In this document: positions 39,199 to 49,647 of the stretch, in pieces
Position numbering within the stretch: position 1 is the first letter of the stretch
Layout: each line of letters starts with the position of its first letter
From: Myxococcales bacterium
GTDB lineage: Bacteria > Myxococcota_A > Polyangia > Polyangiales > DASUME01
Length of the DNA: 64,000 nucleotides
Direction of reading: 5' to 3'
NCBI GenBank assembly: GCA_047601445.1
Contig: JASGJH010000001.1
Location: 9,088,001 to 9,152,000, forward strand
Program-made: the position numbers and the translations under genes
Notes under the pieces: generated by a model
The model's database searches: none
Told to the model about the DNA's origin: nothing
What the model saw: the letters and a program-made list of their open reading frames with translations, nothing else

Positions 39199-40029
39199 AT
39201 GAAGCGATTCGGACTTTGGTGCGCCGCCCTTTGCGCCGCGCTCGTCATCGGCGGCTGCATGGGGCCGCAAAAACCTCCGCGTCAACGCTTGCCGGACGCC
39301 AACACGACCACCACGCCGGTCGGGACCGAGGGCAGTTCGCCCAAGGCGCCGGCCCCCGAGGTCGTCGAGGTGCGCGTGCTGTTGGTGTCGTACGCGGGCG
39401 CCAAAGGGGCTCCGCCTACCCAAACCCGCAACAGGGAGCAGGCGCTCGAGCGTGCGCGCATGATCTCGCGCATGGCCCGCAGTGGAGATCGGCTCTCGGA
39501 GCTCGTGCGCAAGTACAGCGAGCTCCCGGGCGCGAGCACCGACTACGGGCTGTTCCGAATCCGCCCCGCGCAGCCCGGTGCCTTCGGTACGGAGGTCGGC
39601 CAGGCGGCGGTGGCGCTGCGACCGGGGGGCATCAGCGATCCGGTGGACGCCCCGCTCGGTTACTTCGTCGTCGAGCGGCGCAACGATCCTCCAGGGGGCC
39701 CGACGCGCGTGGCCGCTCGCCATATCTTGATCAGCTACAAGGGCGCGCCGCACGCGATTCCGGGGGTCACGAGGACCGAAGCCGAGGCGCGTACCATCGC
39801 GACCCAGGTCGCTCGCGACGCGAAGCAACCCGACGCCAACTGGAATGCACTCGCCGCCAAGTACACCGATGAGCCCGGTTCGAAGGAGACGGGCGGCGAC
39901 CTGGGCAAGTTCGGGCGTGGGCAGATGGTGCCGGCCTTCGAGAACGCGGCGTTCGCGCTCGCCGTGGGGCAGATCAGTGACGTGGTGCAGTCGCCCTTCG
40001 GGTTCCACGTCATCATGCGCTACGAGTAG
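39199..40029 (+). CDS. Parvulin-type peptidyl-prolyl isomerase lipoprotein (two PpiC domains)
   Basis: Lipobox IGGC; ARHILISYKG, GGDLGKFGRGQMVPAFE, SPFGFHVI. Confidence 0.88.
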   Translation: MKRFGLWCAALCAALVIGGCMGPQKPPRQRLPDANTTTTPVGTEGSSPKAPAPEVVEVRVLLVSYAGAKGAPPTQTRNREQALERARMISRMARSGDRLSELVRKYSELPGASTDYGLFRIRPAQPGAFGTEVGQAAVALRPGGISDPVDAPLGYFVVERRNDPPGGPTRVAARHILISYKGAPHAIPGVTRTEAEARTIATQVARDAKQPDANWNALAAKYTDEPGSKETGGDLGKFGRGQMVPAFENAAFALAVGQISDVVQSPFGFHVIMRYE

Positions 40030-40032
40030 TGG

Positions 40033-41868
40033 TCAGTCGGCTCGCAGCAGGTCGAGCAAGGCACTCCCGTACTTCTTGATGCGCTCCTCGCCCATCCCCC
40101 AGACCCCCTGGAGATCCTCCTGTGTGCGCGGACGCGCCGCACAGAGGGCCTCCAGGGTCCGATTCTGGAAGACCTGATAGGGCTTGATGCGGCGGCGCTT
40201 GGCCTCGTTGCGACGGAAACGCTTCAGCGAGGTCTCGAGCGAGTTGGCGCGAGGGCGCGGGGCGGAGCCTTCGCTGCGGACAGGACGCACGCGCTTCCCG
40301 GCCACCCACAGGGTGGGGTACTTCTGGCCCTTGGGTTCGAGCAGACCGCGCGCGAGCAGAGTATCGATGGCCCGGAAAATGGACTCTTCCGAGGCGCTCT
40401 TGAGCGCGCCGAAGTGGGGATTTCGTTGCAGTCGCTTGCGCGTCACGTCGCGGGCATTGCTGCCGCGCAGACCGCGCATCACGTAGCGGCGCCCGAGCGG
40501 CTTGGGTAGCGCATCCACGAAGGCCACCACCAGCTCGAGGTCGCGCTCGTCGAGCTCCACCGCGGCGGCGCTGCTCTCGGCCTGGGCGCGTTTCTTGGCT
40601 TTGACCGTGGCCACCTGCCCGTGTTGGCGGTGGGCGGCGAGCTGCGCGCTGACCGCGGTCGAGTCCGCGCACACGTCGCAGTTGCCACATTCGCCGCTGG
40701 CGAGCTCTCCGAAGTGCTGGGCCATCTCGCGCTGACGGCAGCCGAGCCCGACCGCGTAGCGCTCGAGCGCCTCGAACCCGAGCAAGCTACCGGGCGCTGG
40801 CGCGGGACCGCGTAGCTTCTCGTGCACGCGTCGATCCGCCTCGGAGTAGGCGAGCCAGCATTCGGCGTCGGCACCGCCGCGCCCGGCGCGCCCTGCCTGT
40901 TGGACATAGGCCTCGAGACTCGCTGGCGATTCCACGTGGATGACCACGCTCACGTCCGGCATGTCCACGCCCATGCCGAAGGCGCTGGTGGCGACCAACA
41001 CGGGCGTGGTGCCGGCGGCGAACAGCGCGGCGGCCCGTGCCCGCGCCGAGTCGCGGCGCCCCGCGTGGTAGTAACCTGCGCGGATGCCGGCCTTGCGCAG
41101 CGCGCGCTGTACTGCCTCCGCTCGCTTGCGGGTGGCCGCAAACACGAGCGCACGTCGGGTGGCTTTGCGGGCAGCAAAGCCCAGTTCTGCCAGCTTCTCA
41201 ATGACCCAGCGGGTGCGTGTCTGATCGCTGTCGAGGAGCTTGACCCTGAAGCTCAGGTTGGCTCGGCGGAGTGCACCGCGGATCACCTCGGGTTGCTGGA
41301 GCGCGAGTGAAGCCTCGATGTCCTGCGCTACGCGTTGGGTGGCAGTGGCGGTGAGCGCCATGAGGGGCAAACCAAGCGTGTGCTTGAGCCAGCCGAGCTC
41401 CCGATACTCGGGGCGAAAATCGTGGCCCCATTCGCTGATGCAGTGGGCCTCGTCGATCACCGCGCGGGCCAACCCGGCGCGCTCGAGTTGGGCTCGAAAG
41501 CGCGCGTTCTTGAGGCGCTCTGGGCTCGCGTAGACCAGCTCCTGTTCACTCAGGCGCGCGAGCTCCCGGGACTGCTCCTTCCACGGGATGCCCGAGTGCA
41601 GCGCGACCGCGCGCACGCCGCGCGCGCGAAGCGTGGACACCTGATCGTCCATCAGGGCCATCAAGGGGCTCACCACCAAGGTCGGTCCCTGGCCTTGTCG
41701 GGCCAGGGTCACCGCGGGCACCTGGTAACACAGGGACTTGCCTGCCCCGGTTGGAAGCAGCACCAGCACGTCGCGACCCAGGAGGAAGCTCTCCACGGCG
41801 TGCGCCTGGCCCCAACGAAACTCCTGCAGCCCAAACACGCTCGCGAGTACGGAAAGCGGCGACGGCAC
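40033..41868 (-). CDS. recQ: RecQ family DNA helicase with RQC and HRDC domains
   Basis: [53 protein letters not shown] (PYQVF..GMGE..KYG). Confidence 0.9.
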   Translation of the reverse strand: MPSPLSVLASVFGLQEFRWGQAHAVESFLLGRDVLVLLPTGAGKSLCYQVPAVTLARQGQGPTLVVSPLMALMDDQVSTLRARGVRAVALHSGIPWKEQSRELARLSEQELVYASPERLKNARFRAQLERAGLARAVIDEAHCISEWGHDFRPEYRELGWLKHTLGLPLMALTATATQRVAQDIEASLALQQPEVIRGALRRANLSFRVKLLDSDQTRTRWVIEKLAELGFAARKATRRALVFAATRKRAEAVQRALRKAGIRAGYYHAGRRDSARARAAALFAAGTTPVLVATSAFGMGVDMPDVSVVIHVESPASLEAYVQQAGRAGRGGADAECWLAYSEADRRVHEKLRGPAPAPGSLLGFEALERYAVGLGCRQREMAQHFGELASGECGNCDVCADSTAVSAQLAAHRQHGQVATVKAKKRAQAESSAAAVELDERDLELVVAFVDALPKPLGRRYVMRGLRGSNARDVTRKRLQRNPHFGALKSASEESIFRAIDTLLARGLLEPKGQKYPTLWVAGKRVRPVRSEGSAPRPRANSLETSLKRFRRNEAKRRRIKPYQVFQNRTLEALCAARPRTQEDLQGVWGMGEERIKKYGSALLDLLRAD

Positions 41869-41947
41869 GGGCCGACTCTATCATCGGCGTCCGGGGTTCG
41901 CCGGATTCACGGTGCGCGGTCGCGCCTGGTTAGCGACCCAGAAACGC

Positions 41948-41980
41948 AAAAACGCGCGCCCGTATGCGAGGCGCGCGTTT
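41948..41980 (-). terminator. Intrinsic terminator downstream of the sigma factor gene
   Basis: 11-bp stem AAACGCGCGCC/GGCGCGCGTTT with a T-run on the minus strand. Confidence 0.7.
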
Positions 41981-42011
41981 CGAAAGCCGGGTCGAGCGAC
42001 GACCCGAGTCG

Positions 42012-43673
42012 TCAGACCTGCACGTGGCGGCGCATCTTGCCGAGCGCCTGCTCCTGCAGCTGACGGATGCGCTCGCGGGAAAGGTTGTACTTGTCCCCGA
42101 TCTCCTTGAGCGTGAGCTCGTCCTCGTTGTCGAGGCCGAAGCGCCAACGCACGATGCGCGCTTCCATGGGGGTCAAGGTCTTCATGAGCTGCTGCAGCTG
42201 CTCACTCCAGGTCTTGGTCTCCAGGTCTTCGTGGGGCGAGGGAGTGTCCTCCGCCGGAATGAAATCGATGAAGCGACGACCGTCCTCGTCGCCCACGTTG
42301 CGGTCGAGCGAGAAGGGGGCCACCGGCGTGCTCTGCTGGAGCTGCTTGAGCTTGTCGGCGCTGACGCCGGTCTCCTTCTCGATTTCCTCCGGGGTCGCCT
42401 CGCGGCCCGTCTGGGCCTCGATGGCGCGCGCCACGCGGGCCACGCGCTGGTAGGTATCGAGCATGTGCACGGGCACGCGCACCACGCGCGCCTTGTCGGC
42501 CAGGGCGCGGTTGATGGCGTGACGGATCCACCACGAGGCGTAGGTGCTGAAGCGGTAGCCGCGCGTGTGGTCGAAGCGCTCCACACCCTTGAGCAAGCCG
42601 AAGTTGCCCTCCTGGATGAGGTCGATGAGCGGCATGCGGCCGTGGTTGTAGCGGCGCGCGATGGAGACCACGAGGCGCAGGTTCGCGGTGACGAAGCGGT
42701 TCTTGGCCGCCTGCTGGGCGCGCTGGGCGGCCCGCACATCGTTCAGGTACTTGCGGAAGGCCACCGTGACCTGGAACTCGCCCACCACCATGTCGCGTTC
42801 GGCGGTGTGCGTACCGGCGAGGCGCTCCACGGCCTTCTGCGACTCGGCGACGAAGATGCGGTCGGCATCGAGCTCGCGCAGCTTGAGCGAGAGGGCGTCG
42901 GCCGTCTCGTCCCAGCGCTTTTGATCGGTCTTCGCGAGGGCCTTCTTGGGGGCCTTGGCCAGCTTGCGCAGCGTGGCCACCTCGGGGGGCAGCTCCTCCA
43001 AGTGCAGCTCGAGCACGCGCGAGACGGTCTCGAAAGCAGGCAGGTGCGAGAACAGCGCGCGCCAGTAGGCGACCTCGAGCTGGTGGATGCGACGGGCCGC
43101 CTCGAGCTCCTCGTCAGGCGAGAGCACGCGGTGGTTGGCCATCTCGCGGAAGTAGCGGCCGAGCATGGAGCGATCGTTGCGCTCCAGGTCACCGATGGCC
43201 TTCGCGGTCTCCTTCTCCACCTCTTCGAGGTCCTCGGCGCTCGGCTCGTCGCGAGGCTCGCCATCCATGCGCTCCTCGTCGGCCTCGGCGGGGGCCGCGG
43301 CCGCGGGGGCCTTGTCGTCGGCAGCAGCCACAACAGCCTTCTCCTGGACCTTCGCGCTCGTCTTGCCGGCCTTGGCGACGGCGGGGGCCTTGCCGGCCTT
43401 CTCGGGGGCCTTGGCAGCAGGCGCTACCGGCTCGGCCTTGGCGGCCGGCTTGGACTCGGCCTTGGCAGCCGTGGGCTTCTCAATCATGCGCACGCGACTC
43501 ACCGGTTCCGCCTTGGCTTCCGTGGCCTTGGTGGCCGGCTTGGCCATCACCCTGCTAGCGGGCTCGGCGGGCCCCTTGGGGGCCTCGGCCTTGGCGGTCG
43601 GCCGCGAGGAAGCAGCGGAAGAACGAGAGACCTGCTTCCCGCGAGCACTCGGCTTTTGCGCGCGCATTTCCAT
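42012..43673 (-). CDS. RpoD/RpoS-family sigma-70 factor with a long Ala/Lys/Pro-rich N-terminus
   Basis: Region 1.2 [51 protein letters not shown]; region 4 [14 protein letters not shown]. Confidence 0.93.
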   Translation of the reverse strand: MEMRAQKPSARGKQVSRSSAASSRPTAKAEAPKGPAEPASRVMAKPATKATEAKAEPVSRVRMIEKPTAAKAESKPAAKAEPVAPAAKAPEKAGKAPAVAKAGKTSAKVQEKAVVAAADDKAPAAAAPAEADEERMDGEPRDEPSAEDLEEVEKETAKAIGDLERNDRSMLGRYFREMANHRVLSPDEELEAARRIHQLEVAYWRALFSHLPAFETVSRVLELHLEELPPEVATLRKLAKAPKKALAKTDQKRWDETADALSLKLRELDADRIFVAESQKAVERLAGTHTAERDMVVGEFQVTVAFRKYLNDVRAAQRAQQAAKNRFVTANLRLVVSIARRYNHGRMPLIDLIQEGNFGLLKGVERFDHTRGYRFSTYASWWIRHAINRALADKARVVRVPVHMLDTYQRVARVARAIEAQTGREATPEEIEKETGVSADKLKQLQQSTPVAPFSLDRNVGDEDGRRFIDFIPAEDTPSPHEDLETKTWSEQLQQLMKTLTPMEARIVRWRFGLDNEDELTLKEIGDKYNLSRERIRQLQEQALGKMRRHVQV

Positions 43674-44069
43674 CGACACGAGCTCCTTGCGCCGCTTGGC
43701 GCAGGCAGAATGAGAGCGTCCAGCGGGGGTTCAACTCCGAGGACGTGCGTTTCGTTCCAAGCTTTCCAACCAATCGTATTTGCCGCGTCGCGAGCGAACG
43801 TACCCGGCCTGGTCCAGGTCACGCGGTCAATAGATGGTTGGTGGGCCCCCCAGCGGGGTCCGTTACATGAGGCCTCCGGGCCCCGTTTGAGGCGACAGGA
43901 TGAAGGCCAAGGGGCCCCCTTGCGCAAGCAAAATCATCCGGTCGCGCGGATTTTCTACGCCCAAAAACCTTCGGGGTCGAGTCCTCATTCCCGATTTGGA
44001 CCAAATGCGTCGAGCAATGCGCTAACCCAGCTCCGGAGAAGGGTCCTACTCGGACGGGACCCCTGTACC

Positions 44070-44516
44070 TCAACTCCCCGAAAGGAGACGCTTTACCAGC
44101 TCGCTCAGGGCCTTCCCGTCGACCCCGCTGAGGCGCTCTTTGGCCGCTTGCATCACCCGTCCCATGTCCTTAGGTGAGCTGGCGCCTAGCTCGCTGATTA
44201 CAGCTCGAACGGTGCTCTCCACCACAGATGCATCGGGAGCGGCAGGCAAATATTGTTCGAGAATGTCCTTCTCGAGACGTTCCTTTTCCGCCAAATCCGA
44301 ACGACCGCCCTGTTCGTACTGTTCGATGGCTTCCACTCTCTGCTTGCGTAGTCCGCGCACCAATTCTGCGATGCCGGCGTCGTCGACCTCCTTTTGGGAG
44401 TCTGCTTCGCGCAAGGTGATGGCCGCTTTGATCGAACGCAGGGCGTCGAGCTGAACGGTGTTCTTGGCGCGCATGGCGGCCTTGAGGTCCTCGGCGAGTT
44501 TGGCTTTCAGGCTCAT
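44070..44516 (-). CDS. GatB/YqeY domain protein
   Basis: MSLKAKLAEDLKAAMRAK..LRSIKAAI..KQR.EAIEQY..GR.DL..KDMGRVM. Confidence 0.9.
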   Translation of the reverse strand: MSLKAKLAEDLKAAMRAKNTVQLDALRSIKAAITLREADSQKEVDDAGIAELVRGLRKQRVEAIEQYEQGGRSDLAEKERLEKDILEQYLPAAPDASVVESTVRAVISELGASSPKDMGRVMQAAKERLSGVDGKALSELVKRLLSGS

Positions 44517-44525
44517 GACGGTTTC

Positions 44526-45566
44526 CTACTTTGCTCCTGCGACCGGGTGGGTGCCCGGGTCCGCCTCGACCAGGCCAGACCAGAGTCCCTCGGCGCCGCC
44601 TCGGCGCGCGCGTGCGCCCAGGAAGAGCGCGAACACCCGCTCGGGTCCGAACTCGGCACGATAGCTCAGCAAGCGCTGCGTGTAGCGGTGCAATCGATGT
44701 TCGCGTGTGAAGCCGATGGCCGCGTGCACGGCATGGCCGACCTCGGCGGCTCGGCGTGCGGTGGTGCCGGCCTGGAGCTTGGCCGCCGCGATGGCCTGGC
44801 CTGCCCCGGTGATAGCGAGCAGGCCGTGAGCATCCAATGCCGCACAGGCCACATCGACCGCCAGGTTCGCCGCTGCGACTTCGCAGGCGAGCTCGGCCAG
44901 CTTGTGCTGCACCGCTTGAAAGGTCCCGATGGAGCGCCCGAACTGGACCCGGGTCTGCGCGTGTTCGAGGCAGCTCGCCAATACCTGCTCGGCGAGCGCC
45001 GCTATTTGCACGGAACGCCCCAGCGCGCCGAGGAAAAACAGCTCGCTCACCTCCCCAGAGGTCTGCATTCGAAAGCAGACCGGAGCTCCGGCGATCGAAA
45101 GCGCGTCACGGGGCTCGTAGGCCAGGTTCAGCCCGGCTCGCGCCTCCACGCCACGGATCTCCATGAGCACGAGTTCGCGCCGACGCTCTTCCGAATAGGC
45201 CTCGACCCAAAGTTGGGCGGCCACCGCCGCGTGAGGAACGAAGTTCGCTTGGCCGCGTACACCGCTTTCGCCCACCACCAAATCGCTCGCCCGTGGGTCG
45301 GCCAACGTGACCAGCTGATCATCCATCGCGATGCCCAGCTGTGCGGCGACATAGCTGGCCATCAGTTGCTCGGTGAACGGGATGGCGACGGCGCGCTCGC
45401 TCGCGCAACGAATGAGTTCTGCCCCCTCCGACCAGCTGCTCAAGCCCTGCTGAAAGGGTGTCAGCAGGCCCGCTTGGCGTAGTTGTTCCCAGCTCGCGCC
45501 GCGTGGGTCGTCGTGCTCCGCGTGGTCGAGGATCTTGCCGAGGGTACCGCGCAGGATGTCGATCAT
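44526..45566 (-). CDS. Acyl-CoA dehydrogenase-like subunit (short, degenerate partner)
   Basis: RVQFGRSIGTFQAVQHKLA, HAVHAAIGFTREH.LH; ATG overlaps the upstream stop. Confidence 0.8.
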   Translation of the reverse strand: MIDILRGTLGKILDHAEHDDPRGASWEQLRQAGLLTPFQQGLSSWSEGAELIRCASERAVAIPFTEQLMASYVAAQLGIAMDDQLVTLADPRASDLVVGESGVRGQANFVPHAAVAAQLWVEAYSEERRRELVLMEIRGVEARAGLNLAYEPRDALSIAGAPVCFRMQTSGEVSELFFLGALGRSVQIAALAEQVLASCLEHAQTRVQFGRSIGTFQAVQHKLAELACEVAAANLAVDVACAALDAHGLLAITGAGQAIAAAKLQAGTTARRAAEVGHAVHAAIGFTREHRLHRYTQRLLSYRAEFGPERVFALFLGARARRGGAEGLWSGLVEADPGTHPVAGAK

Positions 45567-46699
45567 CGCAGGAGCTCCTTGGCGATGATGCCGCGCAGGA
45601 TTTCGCGGGTGCCACCCCGCAAGGAGTAGGACGGAGCGAGCTGGCTGATGACCGCGTGCACCTGCATCAGGGTGTCGCCTCCCTCCAGCATTGCAGGGGT
45701 GCCGAGCACGTCGTGGATGGCCTGGGGGAGAGCTTGTTCGAAGCTGGTTCCCAGCTCTTTCACGATGGCCGCCTGGACGCCGACTTCTTCGCCACGGCTC
45801 AGGCGTGCCGCGACCGACAGCGACATCTGGCGCAGCACCGACAGCCGACCGCACAGGCTCCCGAGCAGAAGCTCTTGCTCGGGCTCGCTCGCAACCGTGG
45901 CGAGTTGCCGTAGCAGCTCGAAGCTCGACAGGATGCGCTCGGGACCGCTGCGCTCGAGCCCGAGCTCAGCCACCACCTGCTGCCAGCCCGCTCCCGCGCT
46001 GCCGATCAAGCGCTCCTCAGGGACGAAGGCCTCCTCGAAGGTGACTTCGCCGAAGTGATCGTGTCCAAGCAGGTCCAACACCGGCCTCACGGTGATGCCA
46101 GGGCAATCCAGATCGATCAGCAGTTGCGACAGGCCCGCGTGCTTCTGTGGAAGTCCGCTCTGGGTCCGCACGAGGGCGATCATGTGGGGAGAGCGGGTGA
46201 CGTGGGTGCCCCAGAGCTTGGTGCCGTTGACTATGAAGCCGCCCGGGACGCGCACCGCGCTGGTGCGCACCGACGCCAGGTCCGAGCCTGTGTCGGGTTC
46301 ACTCATGCCGATGCAGAAGTAGGCCTCACCGCGCGCGATGCGAGGCAGGAAGGTGCGCTTGAGGTGCTCGCTCCCAAAGCGCAGCAAGAGCGGACCACTC
46401 TGACGGTCTGCCATCCAGTGGGCCGCCACCGGGGCTCCCGCCGCCAGCAGTTCCTCGATCACGACGTAGCGCTCGAGGGCGCTCATGCCGCGTCCACCGT
46501 AGGCCTCGGGGAAGGTCATGCCCAGAAAGCCATGGCCGCCCAGTTTGCGACTGAAGGCGGCGTCGAAGGCGGTCCAGCTCAGGGCGCGCTGTGCAGCCGA
46601 GCGCTCGGGCAAGTGTTCACGTAGGAACGCGCGAATCTCCTCGCGAACGCGGTGACAGCTCGGCGGCAGTTCGGCGTGCGCGAAGCGCAGGGCTTGCAT
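45563..46699 (-). CDS. Acyl-CoA dehydrogenase
   Basis: FCIGMSEPDTGSDLAS, VNGTKLW, FGEVTFE, LGLERSG, SLRGGTREILRGIIA. Confidence 0.9.
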   Translation of the reverse strand: MQALRFAHAELPPSCHRVREEIRAFLREHLPERSAAQRALSWTAFDAAFSRKLGGHGFLGMTFPEAYGGRGMSALERYVVIEELLAAGAPVAAHWMADRQSGPLLLRFGSEHLKRTFLPRIARGEAYFCIGMSEPDTGSDLASVRTSAVRVPGGFIVNGTKLWGTHVTRSPHMIALVRTQSGLPQKHAGLSQLLIDLDCPGITVRPVLDLLGHDHFGEVTFEEAFVPEERLIGSAGAGWQQVVAELGLERSGPERILSSFELLRQLATVASEPEQELLLGSLCGRLSVLRQMSLSVAARLSRGEEVGVQAAIVKELGTSFEQALPQAIHDVLGTPAMLEGGDTLMQVHAVISQLAPSYSLRGGTREILRGIIAKELLR

Positions 46700-46721
46700 G
46701 GGCCGAGCTATACCACTCGGG

Positions 46722-48233
46722 TCACTTGGCGGCGGCTTTGGCCGGGGGAGCGCTGGCGCTCGGCGGTTGAACCGAGGGGGCGCTCGGAGCGGGCGGCGAC
46801 GGAGCGGCGGGCGCGGCCGCAGCTGCCGGTGCGGCGTGGACGGGCGCAACTGCGGGCGCCTGGGCCGTCGTGGGCGCGGGGGCAGAGGCTGCAGCGGGAG
46901 CCACGGGAACTGCGGACGCCGCATGGGTGGGATGCCCCGCCGGCACCGGAGCGGGCGCAGCAGCAGGGGTTGGCTTGGCTTCCTTGGCCACGTCATGGGC
47001 GCGCTTGCGCAGGGCCCGCAACATCATGACCTGGCTGGCGGCAGCCAGGCCGTGGCCCATCGCCGGGTCCATGGCGGCAATCTTTTCGATCAACCAGGTG
47101 GTCTTGGTGATGTCGAAGGTGGAGTAACCGAGCACCACCGCTTCCCCGCCTGGCAATGTGGGCGTCTCGAAGCGCCACTTGCCCCCCTTGAGAGCACCGT
47201 CGACTGCATCGATGGAAAGCGTCTGGCCCTGGTCATTCATCAACATGACCCCCGAAGTCCCGATCAAAGGCAGGCTGATGCCCCACTCGAAGGTCTTTTG
47301 GGTGCCTTCGCGCTTGGTGACGCGCGTATAGCTGCCCGGGACCAGGGCTTTGCCGAAGGTCTCTGGCTCGGTCATCACCGGTCGGATGGCGGCCGGGGTC
47401 ATCCCGGTGCGCCCGAGGATGGTCAGCTTGCCGAGTCCGCTCGGGGTGAGCTCCATCATTAACAGATCCGCACGAGCCATCAGCTTCTTGAGCTTGTTCA
47501 GATCGTAGCTAGGAGCCTCGAACACGCTCTTGGCCAGCGTGGTGGGGGCGCGCCCTTCGCGGCGCTCGGCCTCGCGCTTGGTGCCGAGCACCATCACGTA
47601 GCAGAGGGCCAGGTTGACGGAGCGGTTGACGCTCTTCGCCGCGGCCTCGAGCTGCTTCATCACGAAGTTCGCCTCGCGCATGTCCACTCGCATCGCGAGC
47701 ATCAACAGGCTGCGCTTCTCGCCGGCCGGGAACACGCGCCAAAGCAAGCGGCCTTCCCCCAGCTGTCCGCGCTCGCTCTTCACGCTGATGCGGTGACCGA
47801 GCTCCGGATGACCGGCGGGCGGGGGAAACGAAGTCATCCGGTTCTCCCCCTCGAGGAACAGGACCCCGGTCTGCCAGGTCCACTTGTAGGCGGTCTGGGT
47901 CTGGTTCTGGGAGAGCACCTCGACGTGGTCGAGGGTCTTCATGAACTTCGGGTATTCCTTGGGGTTCGAGATGATATTGGCCACCGCCGCTGCGGGCGCA
48001 TCGACGTACGTGGCCACCAGCACAGCCGGTAACGTCTCGTCCTTGACCAGCTCCACCAGCGCCACGGGACCCCGCTCGAGCATCGGCGCGAGCAGGGCGC
48101 GCTCTTCTTCGTCGAGTGCGTCGAGACGCTGATTGAGCGCTTCTGCCGGGGTGTCGTCCGCCCGGGCCGAACGAGCGGCGCCGAGGCCGATGAGGAGGCT
48201 CAGGCAGGTGACCATCCATGCAATTCGTTTCAC
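46722..48233 (-). CDS. Secreted protein with two SRPBCC/START-like domains and a Pro/Ala-rich tail
   Basis: Signal peptide ending ARA-D; VDAPAAAVANIISNPKEYPKFM start pattern; second module ending GALKGGKWRF; low-complexity tail. Confidence 0.6.
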   Translation of the reverse strand: MKRIAWMVTCLSLLIGLGAARSARADDTPAEALNQRLDALDEEERALLAPMLERGPVALVELVKDETLPAVLVATYVDAPAAAVANIISNPKEYPKFMKTLDHVEVLSQNQTQTAYKWTWQTGVLFLEGENRMTSFPPPAGHPELGHRISVKSERGQLGEGRLLWRVFPAGEKRSLLMLAMRVDMREANFVMKQLEAAAKSVNRSVNLALCYVMVLGTKREAERREGRAPTTLAKSVFEAPSYDLNKLKKLMARADLLMMELTPSGLGKLTILGRTGMTPAAIRPVMTEPETFGKALVPGSYTRVTKREGTQKTFEWGISLPLIGTSGVMLMNDQGQTLSIDAVDGALKGGKWRFETPTLPGGEAVVLGYSTFDITKTTWLIEKIAAMDPAMGHGLAAASQVMMLRALRKRAHDVAKEAKPTPAAAPAPVPAGHPTHAASAVPVAPAAASAPAPTTAQAPAVAPVHAAPAAAAAPAAPSPPAPSAPSVQPPSASAPPAKAAAK

Positions 48234-48381
48234 GATTGTCTTGACCCCCGAATCGCTTCCGATCTTCAAGGTAGCTCGAATGCTGCCTGCGGAGCGCTGC
48301 TCATGGTGCTGAGACTCGAGCAGGCACGCTTGACCGGATGGGCCCACTCAACCAAACCTGTCCCCATTAGAGGCCAGAACC

Positions 48382-49029
48382 ATGAAGATTTTCATCGATA
48401 GCGGTGACCTGAACGAGATTCGCGACGCCGCAGCCATGGGCGTGGTGGACGGCGTGACCACCAATCCCACCTTGGTCGCCAAAGCCGGACGTCCGCTTCC
48501 CGCGTTGATTGCCGAAATCTGCGAAATCATCGACGGCCCCATCAGCGCCGAAGTGATCGCCACCGACGTCGAGGGAATCCTCCGTGAGGGGCGTGCGCTG
48601 GCCAAGATTCACAAGAACGTCGTGGTCAAGGTGCCGCTGATCGCCGACGGCATCAAGGCGGTGAAGGTCTTTACCCAGGAGGGCATCAAGACCAACGTCA
48701 CCCTGTGTTTCAGCGCGACCCAGGGCTTGCTCGCGGCCAAGGCCGGCGCCACGTACATCAGCCCGTTCATCGGCCGCGTCGACGACATCGCGGGCGACGG
48801 CATGATGCTGATCAAGCAGCTGGTGCAGATCTACAAGAACTACGACTTCAAGACCCAGGTGCTGGCGGCCAGCATCCGCCACCCGATGCACGTGGTGGAC
48901 GCCGCCATGGTCGGGGCCCACGTCGGGACCCTGCCGCACAAGGTGATCTTGCAGCTCCTGCAGCACCCGCTCACCAAGAGTGGTCTGGAGCAGTTCCTGG
49001 CTGACGCCAAGAAGATCCCGCAGGGCTGA
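48382..49029 (+). CDS. tal: Transaldolase / fructose-6-phosphate aldolase family
   Basis: [47 protein letters not shown]. Confidence 0.93.
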   Translation: MKIFIDSGDLNEIRDAAAMGVVDGVTTNPTLVAKAGRPLPALIAEICEIIDGPISAEVIATDVEGILREGRALAKIHKNVVVKVPLIADGIKAVKVFTQEGIKTNVTLCFSATQGLLAAKAGATYISPFIGRVDDIAGDGMMLIKQLVQIYKNYDFKTQVLAASIRHPMHVVDAAMVGAHVGTLPHKVILQLLQHPLTKSGLEQFLADAKKIPQG

Positions 49030-49068
49030 GGCACTCCTCTGCTTTCTCTCTGGCTGCGATCTTGGGGC

Positions 49069-49581
49069 GTGCGATTCGGCGGCACCCGGGTGCTCCTTCT
49101 GGGGGCCATCACCTGGGTGCTGGCGGCTTGCCTGTCGAGCACCTCTGCGCAGGCCCAACCCCTGGTGCATGGGGCGGTCGACGGGCGTGCGTTGATCGAG
49201 ACCTCGGGCCGCTATGGCGGGGCCATCACCGCAGACCTCTGGTGGGGGAAAGCGCTGCTCAAGGCGGGCCTCGCCGCCGGCGTCGGTGCGGTATCGAATC
49301 GCCGCGACGCGAGTTCGCGGGTGTTCACCCCGCTCGGGCTGTCGCTCTCGCTGGCGCCCAAGGCCCCTGACACGAGTGGCCCCCTGGCCACCCTGCGCCT
49401 CGGCTTTGCTCCCGGCGCTCAAAAGGGCGGCTTCGTCGTGGCGGGCTGGGCCAGCTGTGCCCTGGGCTACCGATTCTCCCTGGGTGAGGGGGCGAGCCTG
49501 CGGCTCGGGGCCGACGCGTGGTTCCTGATTGGGAAGCAAGGCGGCGTGTTTTTCGGTCCATTCCTGGGCCTAGGCTTCTAG
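49069..49581 (+). CDS. Putative small outer-membrane beta-barrel protein
   Basis: Signal peptide (AQA-Q), Gly-rich amphipathic strands, C-terminal FFGPFLGLGF ending in Phe. Confidence 0.55.
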   Translation: MRFGGTRVLLLGAITWVLAACLSSTSAQAQPLVHGAVDGRALIETSGRYGGAITADLWWGKALLKAGLAAGVGAVSNRRDASSRVFTPLGLSLSLAPKAPDTSGPLATLRLGFAPGAQKGGFVVAGWASCALGYRFSLGEGASLRLGADAWFLIGKQGGVFFGPFLGLGF

Positions 49582-49647
49582 CTCCCTTTCGCTGTAGAGT
49601 GCGCGCCTGTTGGGCTTTCTTTTGTCCGCGGGATCGTGAGGTTTTCG

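Noticed and set aside
43680..44069. Possible riboswitch or ncRNA in the long leader of the sigma factor gene
   Set aside because: I could not match any known RNA family motif by eye; a covariance-model scan would be needed.
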